The notes: generated from the sequence alone by a model not told the origin. DNA of 36,847 bases from Mageeibacillus sp. UBA5438 (GCA_002427535.1 DIRK01000022.1:1-36847); one strand, 5' to 3'; numbered from the stretch's first letter, positions 18,160-30,078 are shown. Translations and numbers: made by a program.

Positions 18160-20001
18160 ATGTTAAGTGTTAACGAGAAAATCGCGCGATTGCGCGCCCA
18201 AATGAAAGCACATGCGATAGACGCATACTACATCGGCACAGCCGACCCGCATAATTCAGAATACATTGCCCCTTATTACATGGCGCGCGCTTGGTTGTCG
18301 GGCTTTACAGGCTCAGCCGGCACCGCGGTGGTCACACAAGAAAAAGCCCTTATATGGGCCGACGGGCGCTACCATATTCAGGCCGAAGCGCAGCTTTCGG
18401 GTAGCGATTTTGAGCTCATGAAACAGGGTGCCCCCGGCGTGCCGTCGGTGGAGGAATGGCTTGAAAAATCGCTCACGCCCGGCACGCGGCTGGGCGCTGA
18501 CGGACGCTTGCTGCCTGAAGCCGTGGCTCTTCGCATGGAGGAAAAGCTAAGCGCTAAAAAAATCGAACTTTTGACGGGACTCGATCTCATCGGCTTGATC
18601 TGGGACGACCGTCCACCGCTCCCATCGGGTGAGATCTTCCACCACGACGTTCGCTACACAGGTCTTTCAGTTGCTGAAAAAATAGCTAAAGTCCGCGAGA
18701 AAATGGACGAGGACAAGGCCGACTACGCCCTGTACGTCGGATTGGATGACATCGCCTGGCTCATGAATTTTCGCGGAAGCGATGTGCCGAACAACGCGGT
18801 CGCGATGGCCTTTGCCCTCGTGACAAAAGAGGAAGCCTTTTTGTTCATCGATCCTGTGAAGGTCAATGACACCGAAGAAGAGCGCTTTCTTAAAGAAGGC
18901 GTCGCAGTTAAGCCGTATATGAGTATTGAAGCAAGCCTTTCGGCGCTTTCTTCCGGCGTGCTTGTGGCCGATAAGAATCGTGTCAGCCGATCACTCATCC
19001 ATGCGCTCCCCCCCGATGTAATCCTTTTAAATAAGCGCGATTATCCCTACCTGATGAAAGCCGTTTTGAACGATGTCGAACTCGCGTCTCAGTTTAAGGC
19101 CGGCATCCGCGACAGCGTCGCCGTCAGCCGCTACCTTTACTACGTGAAACATGTGGCGGTAAAAGAAGGCTTGAACGAAATCGAAGTAGCCGAAAAATTG
19201 CGTGAGCTGCGTCAAGAATCCGATCAGTTTATTATTGAAAGCTTCCCCACGATTTCTGCCTACGGCAAAAATGCCGCCATGATGCATTACCAGGCAACCC
19301 CTGAACAGTACAGCCAACTCCAGCCCAGGGGGCTGTATCTTGTGGACTGCGGGGCGCAGTCCTATGACGGCACAACGGATATCACGCGCACAGTGTCGCT
19401 TGGCGCCCTCACCGAGGAAGAACGCCGCGACTACACCGAAACGTTAAAATCACATATCCAGCTCGCCTCTTTGCCCTTTTTGGACGGCACGAGCGGCGTG
19501 GCGTTAGATGCCGTGGCACGCTCTTCCATGTGGCGCTACGGTCTGGATTATAAATGCGGGACAGGCCACGGCTTCGGCTTTGTTTCGGGGGTGCACGAAG
19601 GCCCCCAACGCCTGACCCATGTACCTCGCTTCGGTGACTACGGATTCAGGGAACATATCGTGATCACCATCGAACCCGGCGTGTACCGTGAAGGCAAACA
19701 CGGGATCCGCCTGGAAAATGACTACGTCGTCTTGAAAATCAACTGCGAAGCTGTCATCGACAAGGGCGAGATCCATTTCGAGGAAAATGAATACCCTTTG
19801 AATGAGGCGGGCGATCAGTTCCTCCGCTTCCAGACCATGATCTTCGTGCCCTTTGACCGGGACGCCATCGATAAAAACAGGCTCAGCCCCGATGAATTGG
19901 CATGGCTGAATGACTACCATGAAGCGGTGCGCGCCCTGATCCTGCCTTTCTTGGAAGGCGATGAATACGATTTTGTCTATCGCGAAACGGAACGCTTATA
20001 A
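18160..20001 (+). CDS. Aminopeptidase P family (M24B, Xaa-Pro aminopeptidase, three-domain type)
   Basis: DPHNSEY, SGFTGSAG, DGRYHIQA, metal ligands DCGAQSYDGTTDITRT, GTGHG, HEGP, EPGVY, GIRLEN, WLNDYH. RBS AGGTGG before ATG 18160. Confidence 0.93.
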   Translation: MLSVNEKIARLRAQMKAHAIDAYYIGTADPHNSEYIAPYYMARAWLSGFTGSAGTAVVTQEKALIWADGRYHIQAEAQLSGSDFELMKQGAPGVPSVEEWLEKSLTPGTRLGADGRLLPEAVALRMEEKLSAKKIELLTGLDLIGLIWDDRPPLPSGEIFHHDVRYTGLSVAEKIAKVREKMDEDKADYALYVGLDDIAWLMNFRGSDVPNNAVAMAFALVTKEEAFLFIDPVKVNDTEEERFLKEGVAVKPYMSIEASLSALSSGVLVADKNRVSRSLIHALPPDVILLNKRDYPYLMKAVLNDVELASQFKAGIRDSVAVSRYLYYVKHVAVKEGLNEIEVAEKLRELRQESDQFIIESFPTISAYGKNAAMMHYQATPEQYSQLQPRGLYLVDCGAQSYDGTTDITRTVSLGALTEEERRDYTETLKSHIQLASLPFLDGTSGVALDAVARSSMWRYGLDYKCGTGHGFGFVSGVHEGPQRLTHVPRFGDYGFREHIVITIEPGVYREGKHGIRLENDYVVLKINCEAVIDKGEIHFEENEYPLNEAGDQFLRFQTMIFVPFDRDAIDKNRLSPDELAWLNDYHEAVRALILPFLEGDEYDFVYRETERL

Positions 20002-20016
20002 GCTCTGAGGTACCTC

Positions 20017-22254
20017 ATGCATACGCCCGCGGATTCATTTGAAACAACCGGCATCACGCTGACGCGCGAGGATATTCTGACGCTCGATATGACATCGCCC
20101 GAATGTCTGGAAGGCTACCGCGATATCCGTCTGGCCGTGGCCACTCCCGCCATTCGTCTGGGCGATGTGTCTCACAATGAACAGCAAATACTCGCGCATA
20201 TCACCGAGGCAACAGAAGCCGGAGCTGACTTACTTTTGTTCTCAGATATGCCGCTGACAGGGAAAAGCTGTGGCGATCTTATTTTCCAAAAAACCATGCA
20301 GGACGCCTGTTTGGAGAGCCTTGCCCGCATTACCCGGGCAACGGCCGGCTCCTTCATCCTCGTCCTGTTATCGCTGCCTTTGAGGCTTGAGGACCGGCTC
20401 TTCAAGGCAACCGCCATTTTACACAACGGGGAGATTGTCGGGATGACGCCCGCGTCCTATCTCTCGCGGGATGAAAGGCGCTGGTTCAGCGATCCTTTCG
20501 AACACGATTTGGGCCATCACGACCGCTTTTCTTGTGAACTCATCACCGATGCGGGTGAAGAAAACAACCCCTTCACCGAACTGCGCCTGCCGCCGATTGA
20601 ATGCCCGACCATCCTGCGCCATGTGATCGACCGGCCGCTTCCGGCGCCCGAAGATCGTTCTGATGGGGGCGAGGTACTCGAATTTTCACTTTGCGATATG
20701 TCGGCGCAAAACCTGTTGTCCTTCACCTTTTCCTTCGTAAATCTTTGCACCGTCATCCCCTGTCTGGCTGTCAGACCTTCGTTATTGCCCCGCGACATGC
20801 CGCCCTGCCAATCGCTCAGGCTTTTTAATTTTGACGCGGCACATGCGACGGATGCCTTGTCTCACGGCTCCATTCCTGTGGCCGCCATCGCGGACGGGCG
20901 CTTGGAGTGGACGGGTGAATACCGGCGACTGAAGCGCGAGCTCATCCGCCGCTCACTTCGCGATCACAGCATCATCCTGTATGCCGGAGGCGGCTTGGGC
21001 GAATCCGCAAGTCAGGGGGTGTTTGCCGGACATCGACTCATCATTTCGGACGGGAGGGTGTTGGCCGAAGGGGAAAGCTTCCATCCGGGGCTCACGATTG
21101 CGGATATTGCCGCGGGGGAGCTCCTCAGCGTTCGTTCGAACGCGGGGAACCGCTGGGATATTCAAAAAGAGCCGCAGGTTTCAGGGCTTCACGGATCCGA
21201 TCCCGATAAGTTACCCTTCTTAATGCGAAGCGAGCTTACGCCCCAAAACTTTTATCAGGAAACGCTGACCATCCAGGCTAAGGGTTTGGCGGATCGGCTG
21301 GCCTTACTTGGCGCAAAACCCATCCTCGGCTTGTCGGGAGGCCTCGATTCTTCCGTGGCACTCCTCGTGTCGCTTGAAGCTTTAAGGCTTTTGGACCGAC
21401 CGCCGAACGAACTGATCGCCGTGTTCATGCCGGGACCGGGGACCTCTAAAGCCTCCGGTGAGCTTGCCCAAATACTGGCCGAATCGACCGGCGTCGACTA
21501 CCGGGTGATCCCCATTGATGCCGCGGTGAAAGCGCAGCTCGCAAACATCGGGCACGACGGTCTCACTCAGGATATTACCTTTGAAAATGCCCAGGCAAGA
21601 GAGCGCACGCAGATCCTGATGGATCTTGCCAATATGGAACAGGGGATTGTCATCGGGACAGGCGATCTTTCTGAGCTTGCGCTTGGCTGGTGTACCTACA
21701 ACGCCGATCAGATGTCGATGTATGCCGTGAACTCCACCTTGTCAAAAACCGTCATCCGTGAAATGACGCGAGTTGCCTCAGATCTTTTTCTTAAAAATCA
21801 CTCCCCCCTAATTGAGGACGACAGTCGCGCGAAAGCTGTGGGGCAAGCCCTTCGAGTAATTCTCGAACGCCCCGTCTCACCCGAACTACTCCCCCCCGAT
21901 GAACAAGATCGCCTGTTGCAATTGACCGAGGACTCCATCGGGCCTTATGAACTCGTCGATTTCTTCTTATGGCATCTCATCTTCCACGGCCAAGCCGTGG
22001 GCGATGTGTATGAACTCGCATTAAAGGCCTTTGGCGATGAATACAGCGCCGATGATATCCGCCGCTGGCTTAGCGTCTTTATCGGGCGTTTTTTTAGAAA
22101 CCAATTCAAACGGACCGCATCACCTGAAGGCGTCTCAGCATTCCCATGGCGCCTTACACCCTATTCTGCCTGGCAGATGCCGGGGGATGCGACAGGCGAA
22201 CTATGGATTCGCGCGCTGGAGGCCCATATCGCTTCCCGAAAGGAGACCTTGTGA
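20017..22254 (+). CDS. nadE: NAD(+) synthase, two-domain type with degenerate N-terminal CN-hydrolase (glutaminase) domain
   Basis: Synthetase domain intact: LGLSGGLDSS, FENAQARERTQILMD, GTGDLSELALGWCTY, PVSPELLP, TED.IGPYEL.DFFL, RFF.NQFKR. The N-domain is recognisable (LTG.SCGDL, ERRWF) but its catalytic residues are altered. Confidence 0.9.
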   Translation: MHTPADSFETTGITLTREDILTLDMTSPECLEGYRDIRLAVATPAIRLGDVSHNEQQILAHITEATEAGADLLLFSDMPLTGKSCGDLIFQKTMQDACLESLARITRATAGSFILVLLSLPLRLEDRLFKATAILHNGEIVGMTPASYLSRDERRWFSDPFEHDLGHHDRFSCELITDAGEENNPFTELRLPPIECPTILRHVIDRPLPAPEDRSDGGEVLEFSLCDMSAQNLLSFTFSFVNLCTVIPCLAVRPSLLPRDMPPCQSLRLFNFDAAHATDALSHGSIPVAAIADGRLEWTGEYRRLKRELIRRSLRDHSIILYAGGGLGESASQGVFAGHRLIISDGRVLAEGESFHPGLTIADIAAGELLSVRSNAGNRWDIQKEPQVSGLHGSDPDKLPFLMRSELTPQNFYQETLTIQAKGLADRLALLGAKPILGLSGGLDSSVALLVSLEALRLLDRPPNELIAVFMPGPGTSKASGELAQILAESTGVDYRVIPIDAAVKAQLANIGHDGLTQDITFENAQARERTQILMDLANMEQGIVIGTGDLSELALGWCTYNADQMSMYAVNSTLSKTVIREMTRVASDLFLKNHSPLIEDDSRAKAVGQALRVILERPVSPELLPPDEQDRLLQLTEDSIGPYELVDFFLWHLIFHGQAVGDVYELALKAFGDEYSADDIRRWLSVFIGRFFRNQFKRTASPEGVSAFPWRLTPYSAWQMPGDATGELWIRALEAHIASRKETL

Positions 22255-23399
22255 TTTATCTTGACCAAAACAGCACTTCATTTCCTAAGGCACCGGGCGT
22301 TGGCGAGGTCATGTGCGATTACTTGGTCAATCGCGGCGTGAATATCGGACGCGGGAATTACGACGAGGCCTACACGGTCGAGGTCGATGTCATCGACACG
22401 CGCGAGCGTCTTGCGTCCCTTTTTGGCGGGAATGACCCGCGCCGCGTGATCTTTACCCCCGGGGTTACTTTTTCATTGAACCTCTTTTTTAACGGCGCCT
22501 TAGAAGAAGGCGACCATGTCGTCATCAGCGGGATGGAACATAACGCCGTGATGCGGCCTCTGTCACGCCTTGCGCGAACGCGCGGGGTGCGCTACTCCGT
22601 GGCGGAGACCAACCGTCAGGGAGAGGTAAGCACTGAAGCTTTTGAAAAAGCCATCGAAAAGAAAACAAAAGCGATCGTCACCCTTCACGCCTCCAATGTC
22701 TGCGGGACAATTCTACCCATTGAGGCGATCGGCCGGCTGGCACGCGACCGCGGCTTACTTTTTGCCGTCGATGGCGCTCAGACGGCGGGATCCGTGCCCA
22801 TTGATGTCGCGGCCATGAACATCGATTTTCTGGCTTTCACAGGCCACAAAACACTGGGGGGACCCCATGGGATCGGCGGTTTTCTTATCACGGAAGCCCT
22901 GTCGAAAGAACTGGAACCCCTCATCGTCGGCGGGACGGGAAGCCGCTCTGACAGCATGGAACAGCCCGATTATCTACCTGACAAATATGAAAGCGGCACC
23001 ATGAATATCCCTGGCATTTTGGGACTGAGGCAGGCTTTGATTGAGCTTGAGCGGCATGATCAAAGGAAGATCTTTGAGCGCAAGATGGCGCTGACCGATC
23101 GCTTCTTAAAAGGCGTCACCGGCTTGGACGATGTCCGGGTGGTGGGCCTTGCGACCATCGCCGGTCGCACAGCGACCGTGTCGCTTGATTTTGGCGAGCG
23201 CGACAACGCGCTCATCGCCTATGAGCTCGAACGCGGATGGGGCATCATGACGCGCGTCGGTCTCCACTGCGCGCCTTTGGCGCATCAAAGTCTCGGTAGC
23301 TTCCCTCACGGCACGGTTCGCTTCTCCTTTGGCGCGCACCTGACAGACGATGACGTCGACACGGCGGTGGAGGCGATCAAGACGTTGCTCGAAGGGTGA
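22251..23399 (+). CDS. Class V PLP-dependent enzyme, cysteine desulfurase/selenocysteine lyase family
   Basis: RBS AAGGAG, GTG 22251 overlapping the nadE stop. IYLD..STSFPK, MEHNAV.RPL, HASNV.G, VDGAQTAG, PLP lysine FTGHK, catalytic R.GLHCAPLAH. Confidence 0.9.
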   Translation: MIYLDQNSTSFPKAPGVGEVMCDYLVNRGVNIGRGNYDEAYTVEVDVIDTRERLASLFGGNDPRRVIFTPGVTFSLNLFFNGALEEGDHVVISGMEHNAVMRPLSRLARTRGVRYSVAETNRQGEVSTEAFEKAIEKKTKAIVTLHASNVCGTILPIEAIGRLARDRGLLFAVDGAQTAGSVPIDVAAMNIDFLAFTGHKTLGGPHGIGGFLITEALSKELEPLIVGGTGSRSDSMEQPDYLPDKYESGTMNIPGILGLRQALIELERHDQRKIFERKMALTDRFLKGVTGLDDVRVVGLATIAGRTATVSLDFGERDNALIAYELERGWGIMTRVGLHCAPLAHQSLGSFPHGTVRFSFGAHLTDDDVDTAVEAIKTLLEG

Positions 23400-23776
23400 G
23401 TTGTCACATAAAAGACATAATTCTAAAAGAAGAAAATGTTTTCAACATTCAGAATTTGAATAATCCACAAGTTATCAACAAATTACATCAACATTTTTCC
23501 TCCTTTTTCAGTGCTTTTGCCTCCCCCGAAAGATGGCGATCCGACTAAGCGGAGATCATGCTTCGCTCGGATTATTTATTAACAAAGTTATTAACAATTC
23601 ACAGATTGCAACCCACAAAATGTGAAAATCTAGATTCACAAAAAGAACTAAAATCCCTGTAATATTAGGCTGTTCCGCCTTTTCGGAAGCCCTGTTTTCT
23701 GGTAGGATGGTGAACACGGTCGTTTCACATCAAAAGAGGTGACACTGAAGCCGGAAGGGGACGTATTACATCAACT
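23400..23776. other. oriC upstream part: AT-rich DnaA-box cluster / dnaA promoter region
   Basis: Near-consensus boxes TTTTCAACA 23439, TAATCCACA 23461, TTATCAACA 23472, TTATTAACA 23576 and 23588, TGTGAAAAT 23621, AGATTCACA 23632, in AT-rich non-coding DNA upstream of dnaA. Confidence 0.8.
23700..23708 (+). promoter_or_regulatory. Putative extended -10 promoter of dnaA
   Basis: TGgTAGGAT, 68 nt upstream of the dnaA ATG. Confidence 0.4.
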
Positions 23777-25123
23777 ATGGCAAAAAGAAGCGCTAATCAT
23801 GTTTGGGACTCGGTCTGTCAGCAAAGTCTTGTGAAAGAGATCAATCCGCTCACGTTTAACACGTGGTTCACGACGGCCAAACCGTATATTTCGGATGAAC
23901 GGACATTCGGTTTGTCGGTGCCCAACGAGTACGCCATGGAATACATCGCGCAGTACACTGAACAAATCGAAAGCGCGCTCAAAGACCTGACGCGCGTTCA
24001 CTATTCTTTGGAGGTCGTCGTCCGCCCGGATGGCAGTGTGCCCAAAAAAGAAGAACGCGAGAAGCAAAGCACGCTTGAATTCAATCACAACGGATCCTTT
24101 CAGATCGGCCGTTTGAATCCTGACTATTCATTTTCGACCTTCATTGTCGGCTCGGGCAATAATTTCGCCCACGCGGCGTCCGTCGCTGTCGCCTCCATGG
24201 AAAGCGGGGGGAACTATAACCCGCTGTTCTTGTACGGCGGATCAGGCCTTGGCAAGACCCATCTGATGCACGCGATCGGCAACCAGGTGCGCCATGATTT
24301 TCCGCATAAGCGCGTTGTCTATGTGCAGTCAGAACAGTTTGTCAATGAGTTTATTGCCTGCATCCAGAAAAATGACTTCGAAGCCTTTCGTAACCACTAC
24401 CGCTTAGCCGACATGCTTCTCATCGACGACATCCAGTTCATCGAGTCAAAAGAGCGAATGCAGATTGAATTTTTCTATACCTTCAACGCGCTTTATGAAT
24501 CAGGGAAAAACATCGTGCTCACCTGCGACAAGCCGCCACAAAGCTTGGCCTCACTCACAGACAGGTTGCGCACCCGTTTTATCAGCGGCCTCACCATTGA
24601 CATCCAGCCGCCTGATTATGAAACACGAATTGCCATCTTAAAGAACCTGTGCCGCGCGCAGAGGGTCGACATCGCGCCTGACATTATCGAATACATCGCC
24701 AACAACATCACCTCCAATGTGCGTGAGATCGAGGGGGCCTTCAAGACGATTACCGCCCTCATGATGATGGGGACGGAGGTCACCATTGACATGGCGCGCC
24801 AGGCGCTCCAAAGCGTTATCCAGCCCGGCGCGGTCAAGCCTTTGGACTTTCCGCTCATCATGGAAATCGTGGCGCATTATTACGGTGTCACTGTAGATGA
24901 TCTGAAGTCACGGCAGCGCAGCTCGGATATCGTCGAGCCGCGTCAGGTCGCGATGTATTTATGCAGGAAAAAACTGAATAAAACACTGAAAGAAATCGGT
25001 GTGGCCTTCGGTGGTAAAAATCACGCGACGGTCATACACGCTTATGATAAAATTGCAGAAGGAATCAAGGAGGACGCGGCGCTGTCTGAAACAGTCGGCA
25101 ACCTGGAAATGCGCTTGCAATGA
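23777..25123 (+). CDS. dnaA: Chromosomal replication initiator DnaA
   Basis: LNPDYSFSTF, YNPLFLYGGSGLGKTHL (Walker A), LLIDDIQF (Walker B), RLRTRF, NVREIEGA, PRQVAMYL and a domain IV signature GGKNHATVIHA. Confidence 0.98.
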   Translation: MAKRSANHVWDSVCQQSLVKEINPLTFNTWFTTAKPYISDERTFGLSVPNEYAMEYIAQYTEQIESALKDLTRVHYSLEVVVRPDGSVPKKEEREKQSTLEFNHNGSFQIGRLNPDYSFSTFIVGSGNNFAHAASVAVASMESGGNYNPLFLYGGSGLGKTHLMHAIGNQVRHDFPHKRVVYVQSEQFVNEFIACIQKNDFEAFRNHYRLADMLLIDDIQFIESKERMQIEFFYTFNALYESGKNIVLTCDKPPQSLASLTDRLRTRFISGLTIDIQPPDYETRIAILKNLCRAQRVDIAPDIIEYIANNITSNVREIEGAFKTITALMMMGTEVTIDMARQALQSVIQPGAVKPLDFPLIMEIVAHYYGVTVDDLKSRQRSSDIVEPRQVAMYLCRKKLNKTLKEIGVAFGGKNHATVIHAYDKIAEGIKEDAALSETVGNLEMRLQ

Positions 25124-25370
25124 TGCACAAGTTATGATCATTTGTTGATAATTCGTTGTCAATACCATGTTGAATAAATGTGAATAACAAAGACAATGTG
25201 GACAACTGGATTTCTCAACATTTTGAACACATAGAGTTAACTTTTTTGTAACATGGCGTGATGCTGAAGGGGCCACGCCGGGGAAGGGTTTTTCACACGA
25301 CTCACAGCTATATGAAGAGGAGGGTGAAAGATCTTAAGAGGACAACAGACATTTGCGGGAGGTCTGACTT
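25121..25370. other. oriC downstream part (dnaA-dnaN intergenic DnaA boxes, probable unwinding region)
   Basis: TGATGCACA 25121, TGTTGATAA 25143, TGTGAATAA 25179 (consensus match, reverse strand), TGTGGACAA 25197, TTCTCAACA 25212, TTTTTCACA 25289 followed by CGACTCACA 25298. Confidence 0.85.
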
Positions 25371-26471
25371 ATGAAACTCACTTGTTCGAGAAACCACTTG
25401 ATGGATGCCATTTCGACAGTACAAAGAGCTGTCGCGACGCGCTCAGCCAACCCGGTATTGGATGGGATCTTGCTCAAAGCGGATCAGGAACTTGTTTTGA
25501 CCGGTTATGACAATGAAACCGGCATTGAATACCGTATGGAGGCTGATATCTCCCAAAAAGGAGGCCTTGTGGTCCCCGCACGCGTGTTGTCTGAAGTCGT
25601 GCGCAAGCTTTCGGATAATCATGTGTATCTGGCGATCAAAGACGACACGGTCCTGGTGGTTGAAAGCGGCAAGAGCGTCTTCAATATCCGAGGTTACGCG
25701 GCGGATAAATATCCCGAGATCCATTTTGTGGAAGAAGACGCAAAAATCAGCCTGAAGCAAAGCACGTTGAGGCAGATGATTAATCAGACGATCTTCGCCG
25801 TCAGCACGGATCAGAGCCGCCCGATCCTGATGGGCCTGAACCTGATCTGCGAAAATGATACCTTGACGATCGTCGCCTTAGACGGTTTCCGTCTCGCGGT
25901 CCGTAAAGAGACCATCCCCGGCCTTGACATGAATGTCAACATTATCATCCCCGCAAAGGCTATGAGCGAGATTTCACGCATCATGTCCGACACAGACGAA
26001 GAAGTGATCATTTCGCCTTCCCATAACTACATCATTTTCAACAAGGGCAATGTGAAGGTGGTCACCCGCCTGATCCGCGGCGAGTTCTTAAACTACAAGA
26101 GCATCATCCCGCGCGACGCTAATACAAGCCTTATGATTTCACCAGAGGTGCTTTACGCGGCGGTGGCCCGTGCGTCGATCATGATTGACACAGAAGACAG
26201 GCGCTTTCCGGTTGTGTTCCAGACGCCGGACGCGGATACACTGACGATCGAATCAAAAACAGACATCGGTACGGCAAGAGAAGAAATACCGATTGCCTTG
26301 TCAGGCGACAAGATTGAAATTGATTTTAATCCCAGATTCTTTATGGAAGCACTGCGGGAGGTGTCTGACGACCAGGTGATTCTGACCTTCAGCGGGAATC
26401 TGCAGCCTTGCTCCATCAAGCCTGAGTCCGGAGAACATTTCTACTACATGATCCTGCCGCTGCGCCGATAA
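25371..26471 (+). CDS. dnaN: DNA polymerase III beta sliding clamp
   Basis: 366 aa after dnaA. SRPILMG, VALDGFRLA, IIPAKAM, TRLIRGEF..Y, FNPRFF.EAL, C-terminal ILPLR. RBS GGGAGG. Confidence 0.97.
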   Translation: MKLTCSRNHLMDAISTVQRAVATRSANPVLDGILLKADQELVLTGYDNETGIEYRMEADISQKGGLVVPARVLSEVVRKLSDNHVYLAIKDDTVLVVESGKSVFNIRGYAADKYPEIHFVEEDAKISLKQSTLRQMINQTIFAVSTDQSRPILMGLNLICENDTLTIVALDGFRLAVRKETIPGLDMNVNIIIPAKAMSEISRIMSDTDEEVIISPSHNYIIFNKGNVKVVTRLIRGEFLNYKSIIPRDANTSLMISPEVLYAAVARASIMIDTEDRRFPVVFQTPDADTLTIESKTDIGTAREEIPIALSGDKIEIDFNPRFFMEALREVSDDQVILTFSGNLQPCSIKPESGEHFYYMILPLRR

Positions 26472-26477
26472 ACTTGT

Positions 26478-27644
26478 ATGCGCCTTTGTTCTGTCGAGCT
26501 TGTTAATTTCCGAAACTATGAAAGCGAAAGCCTTTCATTTGACGCCGGCACGAACATTCTTTTCGGACAAAACGCACAGGGTAAAACGAATTTTCTAGAA
26601 GCGATCTATCTTTGTACTTGCGCGCGCTCACACCGGACCGGGCGTGACGATGAGCTCGTGCGCCACGGCGCCCCTTTTTACCGCACAACCGTTCATTTTA
26701 TCACCGACCGTGGCCTTGCGGAGTCCGTCTCCGTCGAATACCACCGCGCCGAGGCAAAGGGCGGCTCACCGTCTCGCATCATCCGCTATAACGACTTAGA
26801 AGTGACGCGTCTGTCCGACATGATGGGCCTTTTTCACGCCATCTTATTTGCCCCCGAAGACCTTGAGATTGTAAAAGACGGTCCCGCGGAAAGGCGCCGT
26901 TTCCTCGATATTTTAATCTCCAGAACCGACCGCACTTATTTTCGCGACCTGCAAGAATTTTGGCGCATCATCGGGCATCGCAACCGCCTTTTGAAACAAA
27001 ATAGAGAAGGGATGTCCTCCTTAGACGGGACGCAGCTTGACATCTGGGATGAATCGCTTGCCGCGGTAGCCGCCGCCATCCTGTCAAAGCGCCTTCACTA
27101 TGTGGATCAACTCTTGGGGTACGCGGCGCTGTCGCTCAGGCATCTCACGGCCTCACAGGAGGTGCTGGGCCTCCAGTACAAAGGATTTTCGGGGCTCACC
27201 CCTGATATGGACCAAAAGGTCATTGAAGCGCGCTACTTGGAGCGCTTAAAGCGGCTTCGGGAGGACGATCTCTTTCGTGGCAACACCTCCCAGGGCCCCC
27301 ACCGCGATGACATGCTCATTACCTTGAACGGCGTCGATGCAAGGCTTTACGCCTCCCAGGGCCAGCAGCGTTCAGTGGTCCTCTCTTTAAAAATCGCGGA
27401 ACTTTTGATCCTGACCGAGATATCGGGAGAAAAACCCATTTTACTCCTCGATGACGTCATGTCGGAGCTCGATCAGTCGAGACGCTCACGGCTTATTGAG
27501 GTCATTTCAGACCACCAAGTTTTCATGACCTGCACTGAAGCGGAATCCATGGGCGACATGGACGTGCTCATGGGCTCCAAAGTCCACTATTACAGTGTTC
27601 ACAACGCCCATGTCCATAAGGTCGAAGCACCGAATGCCAACTGA
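26478..27644 (+). CDS. recF: DNA replication/repair protein RecF
   Basis: NFRNY, GQNAQGKTNFLEAI, GPAERRRFLD, GPHRDD, SQGQQRS, PILLLDDVMSELD. Confidence 0.97.
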   Translation: MRLCSVELVNFRNYESESLSFDAGTNILFGQNAQGKTNFLEAIYLCTCARSHRTGRDDELVRHGAPFYRTTVHFITDRGLAESVSVEYHRAEAKGGSPSRIIRYNDLEVTRLSDMMGLFHAILFAPEDLEIVKDGPAERRRFLDILISRTDRTYFRDLQEFWRIIGHRNRLLKQNREGMSSLDGTQLDIWDESLAAVAAAILSKRLHYVDQLLGYAALSLRHLTASQEVLGLQYKGFSGLTPDMDQKVIEARYLERLKRLREDDLFRGNTSQGPHRDDMLITLNGVDARLYASQGQQRSVVLSLKIAELLILTEISGEKPILLLDDVMSELDQSRRSRLIEVISDHQVFMTCTEAESMGDMDVLMGSKVHYYSVHNAHVHKVEAPNAN

Positions 27645-27649
27645 TTTTA

Positions 27650-27658
27650 TGGTATAAT
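27650..27658 (+). promoter_or_regulatory. Putative extended -10 promoter of remB-gyrB
   Basis: TGgTATAAT, perfect extended -10, in the AT-rich gap after recF. Confidence 0.7.
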
Positions 27659-27704
27659 TTAAACAGATTTAATTGCCTGATTCGATAACAAAAGCCGGAG
27701 CATT

Positions 27705-30067
<2,363 letters not shown>

Positions 30068-30078
30068 TTCACGCAAAA

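Noticed and set aside
20006-20017. 12-bp palindrome TGAGGTACCTCA over the nadE RBS as an operator or RBS-sequestering hairpin
   Set aside because: Single short instance with a loop too small for a full hairpin, and no match to an operator I can name.
23430-23640. Short repeated ...AACA/CACA motifs as a CRISPR or iteron array
   Set aside because: They are 9-mers explained as DnaA boxes. No 25-40-nt direct repeats with spacers and no cas or rep genes.
23648-23728. Minus-strand 26-codon ORF (VKRPCSPSYQKTGLPKRRNS...) as an rpmH remnant divergent from dnaA
   Set aside because: Resemblance is limited to KR..P plus an out-of-frame GFRK. Wrong length and spacing, no SD, and it overlaps the dnaA promoter region, so probably chance.
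23721-23736. Second parS-like sequence CGTTTCACATCAAAAG upstream of dnaA
   Set aside because: Five mismatches to the consensus and not palindromic.
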